A stretch of 64,000 nucleotides of DNA, taken from positions 25,172,001-25,236,000 of the forward strand of contig OZ281499.1 in the NCBI GenBank assembly GCA_965637545.1, written 5' to 3'. Positions 33,501 through 48,500 of this stretch are shown here, piece by piece; position 1 is the stretch's first letter; the number at the start of each line of letters is the position of its first letter. The notes under the pieces were generated by a model. That model saw only the letters and a list, made by a program, of their open reading frames with translations, was not told where the DNA came from and searched no databases. Position numbers and translations under genes: made by a program. The stretch comes from Phallusia mammillata. Its lineage: Eukaryota.

Positions 33501-36500
33501 GTAGGGCCTATCAACTTTCCCCTTGGGACTTGAGGACGTTGTGGGAAAAGGGCGGACACGTTTGTAGAGAACGGTTAACGTGGATAGGTGGAGGTTTTGA
33601 TTGATCTTATTGATTCAGTGGATCTATACACAAGTGGGCGGTTAGCTTTTATCCAGCGCTGGCTGTAAAATTTTGTATTGTTCAGTCACGAAGCTCGAAT
33701 TTGTGAAATATTGCCCAAATCCGTATCGAAAAAAGCTGTTTACCGCAAAAAAACGTAGTAATAAGAAGGGATTTAGATAAAAAAATAAAGACACATCACA
33801 TAAGCAAATGCTTGGGTATAAACCAAGCTTAAACGGAATAACAAGTTCTGTTATTCTGGAGAAGTGCACAACGAATTTAAACAAGCTAAAAGTTCATATG
33901 TCTTGATAATGAGCCGACGTAAACTCATTGCAAAACGCCCTAACTATCTTCGAAAGGTGATGGTTTTCCTGAATGTCAGATAAAAGGCAAACATGTTTTG
34001 ACAAGGGAAGAATGCCAAACAAGCACCAAATTAAGGATGGATTATTTGGAAACTGGATAGCCCGGGCACCGGATATTCACAAAAAATGCGGTTTTCGTTG
34101 AACGATTGCGTCATAGGGGTTTGGGGAACAATGAATCAGGCCCTTAGCCTTTTCGGCGAACCCTGAGAGGGGGCAATCTTTAAAGTTTAGTAAGCGACTG
34201 GCACCTTTCTGTGTGTTAAACTGCGGTGGGTGCATACAATCTGGCGGATTATGACGTGATGACAGGTCTTATCGTGAATGACATGTTACCTAAGGTGCTA
34301 GTTTTGAGATAGGGCTTAAACTGTTGCTGGCCCTTTGCTATCCAAGTTCACACGTTAAGAAAGCCTGATGTACAGAATCCCGTGTTTAATGAGTGCATTA
34401 TAGTAAATTTAACAAACCAAGCCCCTAATGTAAAACAGTTTTATTTGAGTTTTGTTAATGTTGACAAGTATGCTCTAAAATTTGCACCAAGAACGTTTAT
34501 AACACATGAAATGATGTGAAAAACTACCATATCACCGATAACTACAAAACATATTCTGCATCTTATCAGCACAGACGCATAAATAAACTAAATGAAAGTC
34601 CGAAAACTATAAAAACAAGACAAATAAAGTTGGGATTGTTTCTATCAACACATTTGCTGTGCTGCTGGTGAAAAGACGTAAGACGCACGTCAAACGTTCA
34701 TAAAAGCTGCTCGAAAAGTTCTTTTGGCATCAGGGTTTGTTATCATTAACCGTCAAAGTCAAGGAGCACAATTGCAGGGATGGGCAGAACCTTACAAAAG
34801 CCAGACTTTGAAAAGCTACAAAGTGTTTTTAACGTCAGCGTTATGGATTTTTTTCCACTATACTGATTTCAGATAAAACACAACAAATTATAAACAAATG
34901 GAATGGCTGTCCAGCAGTATGTCGTATGTTACGAACATCACATTTCGTGGCAGAAATACGTAACCAACGAATTTGCGACTATGTCACTACGGAAGGAAAG
35001 CGGGTTTAGAAGGATTTTTCCCACAGTCACAACAAATTTACTACAAATATTCATATTCAAAATACGTATACAGTTACAATTTTCCGATTGCAAAGAGAAA
35101 AACGCCTTTAACACATTTTGGCTACATTAAAGTCTTAGTAACATATTTATTTTATTTTCCTAGTTCCTAATTACGAAAGTTTATTTCCTAACGTGCAATA
35201 AATTTGGCAAATAGCTTGGTCCAAATACAGCATGTGTAAAATTAAACTTTACGGGAATAACAGACAAAACGGTTCAGCCAACGACCTAAACACACCATTT
35301 ATTGTCTTGTCAACCAAGTACATCGCATTAGCAAAAGCGTCATAATCCGACAAGTGAAAAATCAATAAACAAACCGGTTTACACGTCAATATAACGTATC
35401 ACTCATCCAACAAGCGCATCAAAATGACGTATCACTCATCCAGTGGGTGCTAATGCGGCATTAGCCCCTTTCAGACAGGTTATGTGTGTTTAGAAAAGTG
35501 TGGAAATGGTGGAAACGGGATTTCTAAACATTTGCCAACAACAGCACCGTCCAAGTAAAGTGAGATACGGGAAATATGTGGCGAAATGTGTCAACTAATA
35601 AAACATCACGTCAAATTGAACATCCTCTGTAATTGAAAGGGGTTTTCCGTTTCTACTGTTTACAGTTTTGTCGGAAAATTTATGGTGGTTTTAGACACGG
35701 TTAGGGTTTAGCTAAGGTGAATATAAATTTATAACGGGGATCAGCACTAAAGCTAGAATTTTCTTAGCCTGTGCCTTGCCATATGGGAATGCTTGGTGAC
35801 CGGCTGATTTGGTATAAAGTTTTCAATGGGCCTTGCGTATTACGGCCTTTAAGTATAGTGTGTATGCAAACTAAAATCACTTTTTTTTCAAGACCCTAAA
35901 CTGGAAGGAGATATAATACTTTTTTTTTGCACCGGTTGAACAAAAAAAAAATATCTTTATTACGTGATTGTATAGTAAAAAATTTTCAAAAAATGCAATA
36001 GAGGTCGTTATAACCCACCCAACTCTTCAGTAAAAACCACTCACCACCCTAAGACCAAGATTAGCTAAACTTCAACCAAGCTGTTAAGATAAGTCCACAC
36101 AATAGAAAAGAAATACTTGAAACGCAAATTTTCCAACCACACGGGGCCACTTGGACGATGTTACGCTCTATCGACCACTGGACGACCCTTTACGGTTTAT
36201 GGACGAGCACACGCCAACAGTTCGCGTGCGAAAATGATCCACAAGTTGTTGCTCGGCGTGGGGTTGCGAATTGAGATGGTGGCTCGGTTCAGGCTATGAA
36301 AGCTTTGACAAGCTTTTATCTTTATATTGACGGATTGAAATTCGGGTTTTTGTACATGGATACAATGTTTGTAGAGAAAAAATGACGCATAAATGGCGTA
36401 CGGTGTAAATGTTTGATCGATTTGTGAGCAGATTGTCCAACCTTGTAAAAATTAGAAAAACTGTACCCAACATAGCAAGCAATGTAATGTCTTGATTTGC

Positions 36501-39500
36501 TACATTTTGCAATGATAAAAAAAACCTGAAAACCGAAACCCACGGCCCACTGACAAATCCGCTTTAAAGTTGCCCTTTGTGTGCCTATAAACACTACAGC
36601 AATACAAAACAGCACGTCTTGCAAAAAACAACCCTTAATATTTACGAGTTTTCCAAAGTCCATATTCCAATGTATGTGTAAACTGTAATCAAACACATGA
36701 TAAGATTTCGAAATGCCGACAGTGCAGAAATTGTTGGGCAGTTTAATGTGTATAAACAGCTGCATGTGGTCTGGTGGATGTTAACTTTGCACTGTGTATG
36801 CTTCCCTAGTGCATCAATACACTTTTAGCACATTACATCATTGTTTTCGTCGCAACAGCGGAAGGCATTAACATGAGTTCATCAGGGCTCAATGAATTAA
36901 TAGACAGAAATTACTCAAACACTCAGACAAGCTCTGCAAATTAATCCACCCGTTTCGTCGAAATTAACACTCCATCAAATTTGTAGACGGCTAAATGCAT
37001 TAACCTTTTTTTAGCGTTTATTATAAAGTCTTGTTGATAGAATAAGCATTTTGTTTCGAATGCAGCATTTTCAAAAAAGACAGACGCAAAAAAACGACGG
37101 GCGTAATAATAAACTGCTTTTGGCATTTTTATTAAGATCAAAATATCGTGAATTAATAGATTGTTGCACATAACAATAGTTTGCTGTTAAAATCATGATT
37201 AAACTTGGTTTCAATATACCATGAGTAAGCAACTTTAAGGCAATAGAATGAATAAGCAAAAATTGCTGAGTTTTTGGCATTTTTTAGCAACCACTTTGCT
37301 TCACGACTGAGCGACGCCTAAAAAACGCCAGGCCCCTGAAACTTGCTTTAGGTTGAAGAAAAAACTCAGGGGTGGTAACAAGAGATACGGCCAGATAACA
37401 GGAGTCGTTCACCTGTGTGACACCACAACACTACCTTTGTGACAACATAAAAGCCAGAATACCGCGGATCTCATATACTGGCGGTGGCCCGGTATTGTTA
37501 AGTCGTAAACTTCGCGTCTTTGCCACTGGGGTGTTGGAACTTAAATGGAATGGTCTTGGTTTTATGTAAATTTGTGAGCACGTGCAATTTAAACTCTTCT
37601 GGCACCAAAACAATTCAACGTAAGAAACAAAATTTGACAAATCAAGACGAAATATGTACGTTTTTGCACCAGATGCTACGTAGCTTAATTTGGCAAAATT
37701 TGGACAACTCGTCCAAGGCAGTAAACAATAATGAACTCAAGCCTAAAACAATTCATTTGGATGTTGGCGACTTTAAACCCATAGATTCTACTTGTGTAAG
37801 GAAGCTATGGCGACAAAATTTGAAAATAAAATCTGATTTGTTTTGACCAAGGTTCAACACCCAAACGTTCGAAGTAATACGAGCAAAATCATTTTATGTA
37901 TCAATGTACTGTATTTTAAACCAGTGGTTCCCAACCTATGGGTCGCGACCCAAAGTTGGTCGCCTAACAATTCTGTTGGGTCGCCTGTTTTTGTGACAAT
38001 AAGACTATCTACTTATTAATTCGTTTTGTAGCGTTATTTTATTATTTTTTAAAGGTTTTAAACTGTTGTAAAAAATATAACCCAATAATAATTTTGTGCC
38101 AACTTGGAAGGACACAAGTTAATTCTGTTTGTGACGTCATAAGGTATGTGTTAGCTCACTGTTGAGCGTTGTTTGGCTGATAATGATTTAAAACCAGCTC
38201 TCTAAAGTTCGGAGCTCGGACTAAACGGAAATGTTTGGTCGAAAAAACAAATAAAAGTAGATTGATTTTTTGATTATCCAAACTGGTGCAGAAATTGTCG
38301 AAAAGCTTTCCTCATTTGCTGACAAACATACAACCAAAATAGTAAGAATGCATGTCCATGGGTCGCGAGAAACCACAAAAATAAATTTTAGGAAGTATTT
38401 GGGTCGCGTCAAAAAAAGGTTGGGAACCACTGTTTTAAACAATAAGACACATCCATACTAATCTACCTGGGTTGAAATGTTAATGTCTTGCCCGACAAAC
38501 ACACGAAACAGGAATCTGATAAAAACATTTCCCATTACATGAACCGGAAAATCATCACAGAATGCGACCGGTTGCAAGACAAGAAATTCACATCCCACAG
38601 ATTTCCCAAGTGAGCTATAACGCTACAAGGACATTACGTAATTCCAGGGTTACGGTCTGTACGCAGCAATGCAAAGTCGATATGAAGCGAATTGGGCAAA
38701 TGTCGAAGACACTTGAATAGCAATTGAGGAAATCATTGCTACACCATCATTGCATTTACGATGCAGGTATTGGAAAAATCCCAAGTGAAAAAAATCGGTA
38801 ACCCTTACAACGTGAAATGAGATCATAGTTGGGTTTCAGATCTACTAGATTTGATAAACAGCAAAATTGAAACCCACAATTTCAACAGAGGTTGTATTCT
38901 ATTGTCAACATTTTTTTGGCAATGTGTTTTTTTATCGAGACAAACGTATTTGATATGTACAACGTTTCTGGTATTTTTGTTTTGGATAAATGACAAATTT
39001 AACGGACCAACAAGACGTAAAATGCGACTTGCTTTATTATTTAAACGTTTCGGCAAATGCTAATACCATCATCAGTGATATGAGGGGGCACATCAGTTAT
39101 CCTCGTTCGTCTCTTTTTAGGTGTTTAAAAATACAAAAGAAATCCGTAGCCGAAAACCACTGTTGCAAAATTCATCAGGGAAACCACAACCAAGAGAAAA
39201 ACGTTCAGGCTTTCTCTTTAAAACAATTCCATTTCCAACCATAGCAGAAATTTACCAACACGAAAACTTACATCTTCAGCCAAAGAAAAAACGCTCAACA
39301 GTTAAACAAATGGTCGTCGCTTAAGTATGGATTTTTTAAAACGTAAATAAAGACAAGAAGCTCTTAACATTCCAAGAGCAAAGTCGCTTCTGTCCAGTCC
39401 AGTAGTGCAAAGGATCCTCAAGGCTTCTTTGTTTTCATTTCTAACCAGTGGTGCGTTTAAACCATGCTTAGACGGAAACCAACTTTTTACCCTGCCTTAC

Positions 39501-42500
39501 TGCTGCCGTTTAGCTTTGCTACTGCATCCAGGCAAAGTGGTAGACGGTAAAAGGCTAAAGGGCTTTAAATGTTAGGACCTTCTTGGTAAGGTTCGATTCA
39601 ACCTCGATTATGTGTGACGTTCACTTGAAGTGAAATTTAAAGACATTTTGTTTTCTCGAATTCAAGACATTGTTTTTTCTTTGATAAACATTTGAAACAA
39701 AAGTATTTGTCGCAGCTTAAAAGGCATCAATGAAAAAATATTTGACAATGCGGTTTTCCATACTAAACAACTCAAAATGTATGTGTAAATTGCAACCGTT
39801 CTTGGATAAAGTACACATTTCTTGACACAAGTGCTTGAACAAGTTCAAACCAGTTCATTTCTAACATCATGGGTGACAACATTCTAGTTTGTAACAGCTG
39901 AACTTTTCAAAGAAACAACTTATGCTGTTTGATGAGTGACATATATCGACAACGCAGCACATATTTCCTGCCACATGTTTTCGAGTCGTTGCTCCCAAAA
40001 GACGCGGAAAATAGACATTTAAAATTCTCTTGAGAAACAATTCGCTTAATCTCTGAGAAAATGAATGTGACTTCCAAAGCATTCGTAGCAAGTAAGGGGA
40101 AAAACACATTTGTATAAAAAAAATATATTTAATAGATTGAAGTATATGTTTGTGTCTACAATTACAGTTGAATTTAGAATGCAGTTAAAGAGGCTAAATC
40201 GTATATCTGTTTAGCATTGCTCGTTTAACAGTTTTGCAATTTTCGTGTTCTAGTCTGTGTCATTTACACATATGGTTGATGCGTCTTAAACATAATCATT
40301 TTTACCCCGTTTTATAATTTTAAGTGCAACACATGTCCATGTCTTTTCATTTGTTGTTGGCCTGGAGTCACAAAAGAGCGAATGTGGTGTACAAAGTGGC
40401 GGCAACATCTTTTCGCAACAAACTGTCACACGTGTTTATCGGGGTTATGTCAACATACAAAGTTGTGCGAGACTTATTAGAACGCCGGTCCCGTGCTAAT
40501 TATACACACGAGCACAAAAAGACCTGATACTCGCAATAACTCGATTCAACCACTAAGTATTGTGTTACTCTATGCCAATATTGCGACATTGTTTCGATAA
40601 TTCTTCGCCGTCTGAAGACATAAAAGCCAAGAAAGTCTATTTTTACAAAGCTGACGACTTGCCAACCCCAGACTGACTGGTGCTATGTGATGTAACAATG
40701 GTTATGGAATATGAAACAATAAGGAACAATAGAAAGAGACAGAAAGAGTTTTTGAAACGAAAAGGCGCGGAAATATAGTAGGGAGAAACACTGAAAAGGC
40801 ATGGATCATATTGTTATGTCGTTGTTAGTGGCATTGGAAATGGCAATAAAACTCTTTAGTCTATTAAAATCGGCTTACATTTCTAAATGACTTGTTGGTA
40901 ACATCGTGTTCTGAAGTTTAATAGTGAAAATAATGACCCAAATAGACGTAAAAAACGACATGCTTTATTTTTCAAACGTTTCGGCAAATGCCCATGCCAT
41001 CATTGGTGATAAGAATCGTGTTTATGTTACGTCAAACTTTCCAAACGACATCCAAATAATGCTTATTACACGCACAACCCCATAGTTACCTACAAACTTG
41101 GTGGTTTTCCAAGCCAATAGACACCCTGGCAACCCAGTTCCATAATTTTCATTGAACTCAAACCAACACCTTAACAACCATTGCTCACGAGTATAGGTGG
41201 GCCCCATCGAACTGGCAATTTTATGTCCAAATTGAAACCACCGCCCCGTTAATACAGGTCTCATTACACATTTTCAAGAGCTCAGTAGGCGCCAACCAAC
41301 AATGGAATGGAAAGTGATTATTACCTTGAAGGTCTAGGCAACAGAACCGACCTTGTCATCTACTAATGAGAATACGGCCGCCTCTAATAACTAGTTAATA
41401 CCTGTTTAGTCGCCATGGATTAGTTGAAAACGTAGAGAGGTCGTTTTGTTTGCGAGACGCGCCACGTAAGCACTGAATGTAAACAAACAAAACCTGCTGG
41501 GGAAATGACACGTGAGAATTTTTCAGTTTTGTTGCAGAGAAAAACTAGAAAATGTGCAACTGCAAATGTTTGTTGTATTACGTTTGTGATACTGACATGT
41601 GAAAGTTGATTGTTCTCGAAGTAAACTATGGCTTATTTGAACGATGTGCCTCATTAAAAAACAACAACTTTAAATTAAATTCAAGAATTCTACGGTACAT
41701 TACCCGAAACTGGTCAAACCATGCCGAAACATATACATTTGGTAAACTTTTTTTTACACTTATGAACACAGTTGGAATTTAATAAAAAGCAAATTGCCAG
41801 CGACGTAGAGTAAAACGTATTCATTTTTATTAAAACAAACGTTTCGACAAAACGCGATGCGCTTGTTTCCACTTGTGCATTACATTTTACACTGATGATG
41901 ACAATAGTTTTGTCGAAACGTTTGTTTTAATAAAAATGAATACGTTTTACTCTATTTCGCTGGCAATTTGCTTTTTATTAAAGCTATTATTCAAGTCCGT
42001 GTCTTGTGTACCTAAGACAGTTGGAATTGTTTTGTAAAAAATCAAGGTATCAACAAACTTTAATTTATCATCAGTTTGTGTGAACCGTGCATTGGGTATA
42101 CGTATGACAATGTTAACTACTCTGTAAGAAAGAAGAGAAAGGAAAATACCAAAAGTACATGTTGGTTTTGCAACCGACCTTGACGTGTGTACAGCCTCAC
42201 CATAGCGTGTGAAAATAACCACAGCACTCAGAACATAACCTCATGTCAACTTGTGCCGCAAAAGACGTAAAAAGTAAACCACACTCGTTTCAAAACCACC
42301 CTCGCTTGGTCCTTAACACAAGCACAAGAGCAAAAGTTGGAACGCCAGGGAAAATCACCAAATAAGCCCATACAGATCTCGCCATGCTAGAGGCTTTCAC
42401 ACGCACAGCGTAACTCGACCTCTCAAACATTTTAACAGTAAACTTCTCGCGAGTTTGGGAGTTGAAGTGGCTTTGAGTTCGATTTTTGTGCGACCAAGTT

Positions 42501-45500
42501 TTCTCTTACCCTCGAACAAAAGGCCCAAATTCTCCACTTAAACTACGCAGCCTTTCCACGGCAAAGAATCGTCGAGCTTGCGTGCGCAGTGGACCGTGTA
42601 AAACCCAATGAAGCGTGCTAAATTTTCGCCGAAGTAAACAACAACAAATGCAGGAATTTGTGGCTAATTCGAGACCACAAGCGTAGCAACATGGGTTGGG
42701 ACAAATTGCTGATTAGTGATTAGTGTGTGAGAAAATAAGGAAGGTTTGGTCGCGTATTAGGGTCAAGCTCTGTGGTTTTGCATGGCTTATTAGCAATAAG
42801 CGGTTTTTACAGAATTACAAGTCCGTTACCGCTAACTGCTTACCATGGAAAGCGCTCTGTGTGTTGCAATGCCACCGGTCCCGTTGATAAAGAAGTAATT
42901 TCAAACATGTAACACACAATAAACACTTAAACTTAAAAACATAATATTGACCAAAAAATCGTTGTTTTTTCATCGTCCAAAAATTGTGCCTTGCACTGTT
43001 TTGCGCTCTATAATGTTTCAACCTTGCGCAGATATTTCCGGCTTGGTGATTGTTTTAGTGCTATTGTGTTGCTATGTGTTCTTGTACCAAGCAAAATAAA
43101 CAAACTTAACATTCTGATTCAATTTCACCTTGGCCAACTTCAAGTTGCAGAAAGTTTTGCCCAATTGCGAGAAACGTGACAGACTTAGCAGAGTTTAGTA
43201 GCTTGCGTGGAATGCATAAAAGCCACACAGATTGGCAGGAGATAAAACCCCGGCACACAGGAAGGGAATTCTCCAGAGAAAACCGACCACAAGAATCTGG
43301 AACGCACACGTACTAGGAGCGAGAGGCTTTAATCGATACCAATGCATGGTCCTATCGACTCGACCACGAAACGCTGTGCACACCACAGACACAGCAATCA
43401 AGCCAATGTGGAGATGTAAACCAGCAATTTGCAGCAGACAACAGCTGCGATTGCTGAAAGCTGTCACAGATGCGAGGGAAACATACACGGCGATTTAAAA
43501 TAGGGTTTTTACGAGGACGACTTGTCGTAAAACGTTTAATTCTTCCGACCATTCAAGGAGCTACCGACAGTCAATGTTTAATTACCGGCGACGGGGCTAT
43601 TCATTATAGTTTTAATGGTCCAAGTTCGAGGGTATGTGACAGCATCTCTGTGCTGAGTACTACGATGCGTTGACACTGTGTTTCTCATGAAGTGATTTGG
43701 CATCTTGCTGGGAAACGGATTTCGTAGAACAGACTTTAATACGTGTATTGTTAAAACGTCATCTACGTGCGTTCTGTAAAATGTCCCGGACAAGCAACGA
43801 TAACATAATGACGTATGATAGCTAGAAGACTGCTTTAATTGTACAGCTAATACACATTGGTCAATATAGGCATCTTCTCCACAATTAAATGACATCTAAA
43901 GCTTTTTAAGGTTGTATGAACAAAAACAAAAACGTACAAAATTGCATTTTAAACCAAGTAAAGAAGCTGTTATGTGTTTTAAGCGTAAACGTGTTAAAAC
44001 GCCTCGAATGAAACTTAGAAGCGACCACTTTGCGTAGCTGCCTACGGATAATATCACTATCTACTACCTGTATATGGGCATTATGTTATAAAAAAACTTT
44101 GTGTAGGGGTCGAGGCGCAAGAATTTGGTATTAAAGTTACCGGGTATAGCTGACGCATACGAGGCTCGGATGACAAAAAGATTCCTTCAAGTAAAAGATT
44201 AGATTCTTTAGATATCCGTCATTGAAAGCCCGGGGCTGTACGAAGTTACTTTCAATAACATGATCGGCTCTTTGCTAACGATTGTGGGGTGTATGTAAAA
44301 TCGGACAACACTATATTGATACCAGAGTTGCGAAATACGAATTCGCCTAAAATCGTAAAAAAAAGGGTGATTCATACAAAACGTGAGCGTTTTTTTGTTG
44401 TTGTTCAACTGTAGTACTTATGGGGTTTGGTGCAATACATCTAACACTTGATTCCAATGCATTAGAAAGAGGCTATAAATACGTGTGTCATAAATTTAAT
44501 ACAACAACTGTATCACGGTTTTTCAAAGTAAAATCATTTTTTTCGTTTTTACAGTTTTGTTGTAAATTTTCCAGCTTACATAGTCAAAACAAGGAAGCAC
44601 TTAGTATTTTGTGCATTTTTAGTTTAATAAATGGTCTTTAACAAATGTATGACCATAATTTGTGGGCAAAATCCCATTTAAAAACATTTCCACATGAGAA
44701 CTTGAGTTCTGCATTTAGATTTAATTTGAATTTAGGCACAGCACAACACGTACAGGCTTTAACCATTAAAATGCTCCCGGCATTTGTATATTCGGAGTAG
44801 AAACAAAAAACTCCAACCGAATAAACTTCTTAAACCGGTTTTCACTCAGGGACAACAGCACGTTATTTGGATTAAAAGTCAATATTTGTGTATAAACTCA
44901 CTAAGAAATACATTAATTGCCTTCAGGGTGTACAAAAAGGACAAAAACAAGTCAAAATTTGAAGCAACACACATGGTAGTCGATTCGAACTACTGTTCAA
45001 GTCTGTAAACAGGCTTCAACCCTTGCGGGACAAAGCAAGGGAAGGGACGCACACATGTGAGCACGCACTCTACCTTACGCAGCAACACCACAATTTGTGA
45101 AATTTAACACTCTGCTTTTGTTCATTTACACGAGGTGACTACGTCAAACTTCTTTGACCGCGCAAAAGTTACAAGCACTTTTCAAAAAGCTGAACAATTT
45201 CGTCCCCTCTCCGTCACAAAGTGTAAATACTAGTACCCTTAAAAGCACTACTGTACTTGTAATGGAACCGCTTTTGTGTGTAAAAGCCTTGTGTCGCATT
45301 GAATGAAGCTTCCGGTAAAAAAGCAAAACCATCTTAATTTCGTTGAGGTGCAAAATCGCACGTTGTAAGGCATTAGAACAAATTTTACCGATCAATGCCA
45401 ATTTTGACCCAAGGTACAAGGTTTAAAATGTCATTGGTGTTTGTGATTTAAACGAATTGGTTTCTGAGATTCGTAAAATATAATACCGCTTGGTCGTTCC

Positions 45501-48500
45501 GAGTACAATATTCCATTGTCAGAAAACACAATCGTTTCTTACTGCATCAAATCTTGGCAAAGTAAGTATTTAAACCAAGAAATATTGTAGGGTACGTGTA
45601 CTTATTTAGCAAGAACTTCGTGGACTAAGACTTGAAATTTGATTAATCCAACTCGTACAACACACGAGAGTTACGGAGAAAAGTGATTCAGACGCGCACA
45701 AGTACTTAAAACAACTCATCATATGCTTGGTCGAACTCCGTAAGCACAAAAATCTATTTCAGCTTGCTCTGTACACGCGTCTCTCAGCCCCAAGCAATTA
45801 ACAGCCTAATTCAACGCTTACCCCGTAACAAACAACAAATGTGACGTCATAAGGGCGCGGTTTATTCAAACAACAACAAAACCCTGAGTATTGTATGATA
45901 TGTGGATCGCGAGATCGGTTTTGAAATGTGGAATGACAGCGCGCGTGGTGATATTGTGACGGGACAATGGCCCCCGATCGATATCTATATAACGCGTTCG
46001 CCGTCAACGACACTAACTCGCACAATGGGCATTGTGACGCATGAAACAAACATAAGGGGGCAAAGATATGTCAAGGCCGTTGAGAAATATATTGGCGACC
46101 GGTTTGAGCAAAGCTACTGGTACAACTTCATTTTACACACGTTTGTCTATGAAGTAATATGGACATTTAGGTATCGTTTGACCTTGACCTCGGGTGACCT
46201 TGCAAATTACGAAAAATGACAGTTTAATTGTTGACGTTAGGGTTTAAAGTTGCAGTTTTGTTTGAATATCAACCTTGACATATCCGCTATAATTTATTGC
46301 TGTTCACGTTGCAGCTTACAGCAACACACGGCAGTTCTTATCATGTGTAGAAGTCGGTAAAATTATGTGATTCTAATCAAAACACTAGTTGTTTTTTAAG
46401 AAATAGTAATTTTGTTGAAGTTTCGCCCACCAGAACGGTTGGGCTTCTTCAGAGCAATGTAGTGAAATGTTTGCGAGCACACCAGCGAAAATGCTCAAGA
46501 GCAAGCTGGTGGCCGTAACCCTTGTTCGGCAGTTAACGTGTTGAAACTACAGCTTTGGGGATAAATCGTTCAGCACATCCGTATCACCACGCCCTGGGCC
46601 CAACAACCGACAGTTGATGGGGTTGCAGCAAGGGGAGGAAGCCTTGCTGTCATCTGAAACCACGTGACATCCTAAACGCGGGCAGGAAGGTGGTGGTGTC
46701 ACGTGACCGTGTTAATTAACCGTTGTAGTCGCACCAACGCGCGTGCGAGACCAGATCGCCTGTTGTGTTGTGGAATGAATAACAGCGGGTGATCGCGGTT
46801 CGCTTGTCTGTCTCTAGTTCGTTTTCATTTTTTGCCCTTCCAAATAATTTCTGCATTATGCAGTTATAAAGAACTTTACAAAAGAAATATTTGCGCTTAG
46901 TTGAAAGTAAAATCGGGATGTTTTTATGCTTTTTGTCTATCTATCTTTAAAGTGACATTTTTTACATTTTAGGGCGATTTTAGGCTCTTTGTTGGTTTAA
47001 TGAGGTTTTGGGCGATCTGGTTAAATGTGGTCTGTCATACATTGTTATTGAAAAAATGCACAAACATTATAGATTACAAAACATCACATGATATGAAATG
47101 TCGTCTAATTCCCATGTAGATGGCATGCAAAGTTGGAGCTGTTTCCAATTAACCCCCATTGCACCATTGCTTTAAATGTTATCAACCAGGGAGACTGTCC
47201 ATCTATCACGTATATGAAAACAATCGGACACAACAATGTCCAGAATAATCGTGACAAGCATGATTGCATTATAACCGATCAATTGGAACTGAAACACAAT
47301 TGGCCTGAAATCCCAGTCAATTCGTCACGTTTTTGAGTCATTTTGTTCACTGACAAAGGACCGTTGGGCAAAAGTTCAGGCAAGTTTTAACCGGAAGATG
47401 CAAGTGCCAATGCGTGTTAGTGAAATAATTTCCTTCGCGAAATGTTAAGATCCCTACAACCCACTTTGCACTACTATTTCGAACAGTACCTTATATAATA
47501 TGCCGAGTATCATGCCTTTGCTACTGCATAAGACCAACGCGAACTCAATATCTTCCTCGCCTAAAGTACATCCTAATGTGAATATAATGCTTTTATTTCC
47601 TGAAGTTTAATGCTTTTTACATTCCCGTTGAATAAATGTGAATAAAAAGAAACGTTTTTTGGTGCTGAAATACTTTTTTTGTTCCAGTTTAGACGAAGAC
47701 GTTTTAGTTTTAAGTCAGGTAACCAAAAAACGGCAGACGGTAAGCAAACGAAGCTACGTACACGCTGATGAAGGTGTCGACGAACCGTACTTCGTAACAC
47801 AAAAGACGAATCAATATCAACATGGGACTATAGTAGAGGCCATGAAACGCTATGCGAGCAATTATGCGGCAGGGGAAAGAACAGACTCGTATTGAGCTGT
47901 TCTATTGTTCGGTACAAGACGCTGTCAGACAAACGAGGTCATCTATAGATTGACAAGCCTTGGGTCGATTTGATAACACAGTTTGAATATACGCCCAAGG
48001 TTTCAAACAAAACTGCTACGTTACGAAGGCAAAAAATTACCAAACGCATTTTTAATATTAAACTCGCATTTTCAACGCTTTTAGCATGCCTTTATACGTC
48101 AAAGCAACCGCTTTATACCTTTTCCGAAACTGTATACAAAAAACATGGTTTATCCTTGGCGAACAAAGCTCGTTGAGAAACCCGTTTTGGTAGCGTAAAC
48201 TCATGCAGTTGCATGCTCGTATGTTATTCAAGGTCGGTATCCACAGCAGACAGTAAGCGGTAATACATTGTGGCAGTATAAATACATCACTTCCTTGGTT
48301 GAAGAGCACTTAGCTACGTCGAACGCTTGTCAACCATTTACGAAATGTTGACCCTTCTAACAGGGCCACAGTGTACTGAATAGGGTTGGAAGCCATTAGC
48401 TAACAGAGATACAGTTGTCCAAACCTAATTACCAAAACTACAAATCGAATGGCGGCCACACCACTGCCAAGTAATTGAAATTATACAACAGTTAGTGGAA

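Noticed and set aside
36322-36765. 147-aa ORF in MTSS1 intron 3 (likewise 16061-16504)
   Set aside because: No recognisable motifs, AT-rich composition and no supporting splice structure.
42480-42660. Possible alternative first coding exon of MTSS1 (donor at ~42509)
   Set aside because: The frame compatible with exon 4 has an upstream stop and no ATG; a non-coding exon cannot be excluded.
47762-47797. CTGATGA A GGT..ACC hammerhead-like start
   Set aside because: Only a 3-bp stem and GTAC in place of GAAA; not distinguishable from chance.
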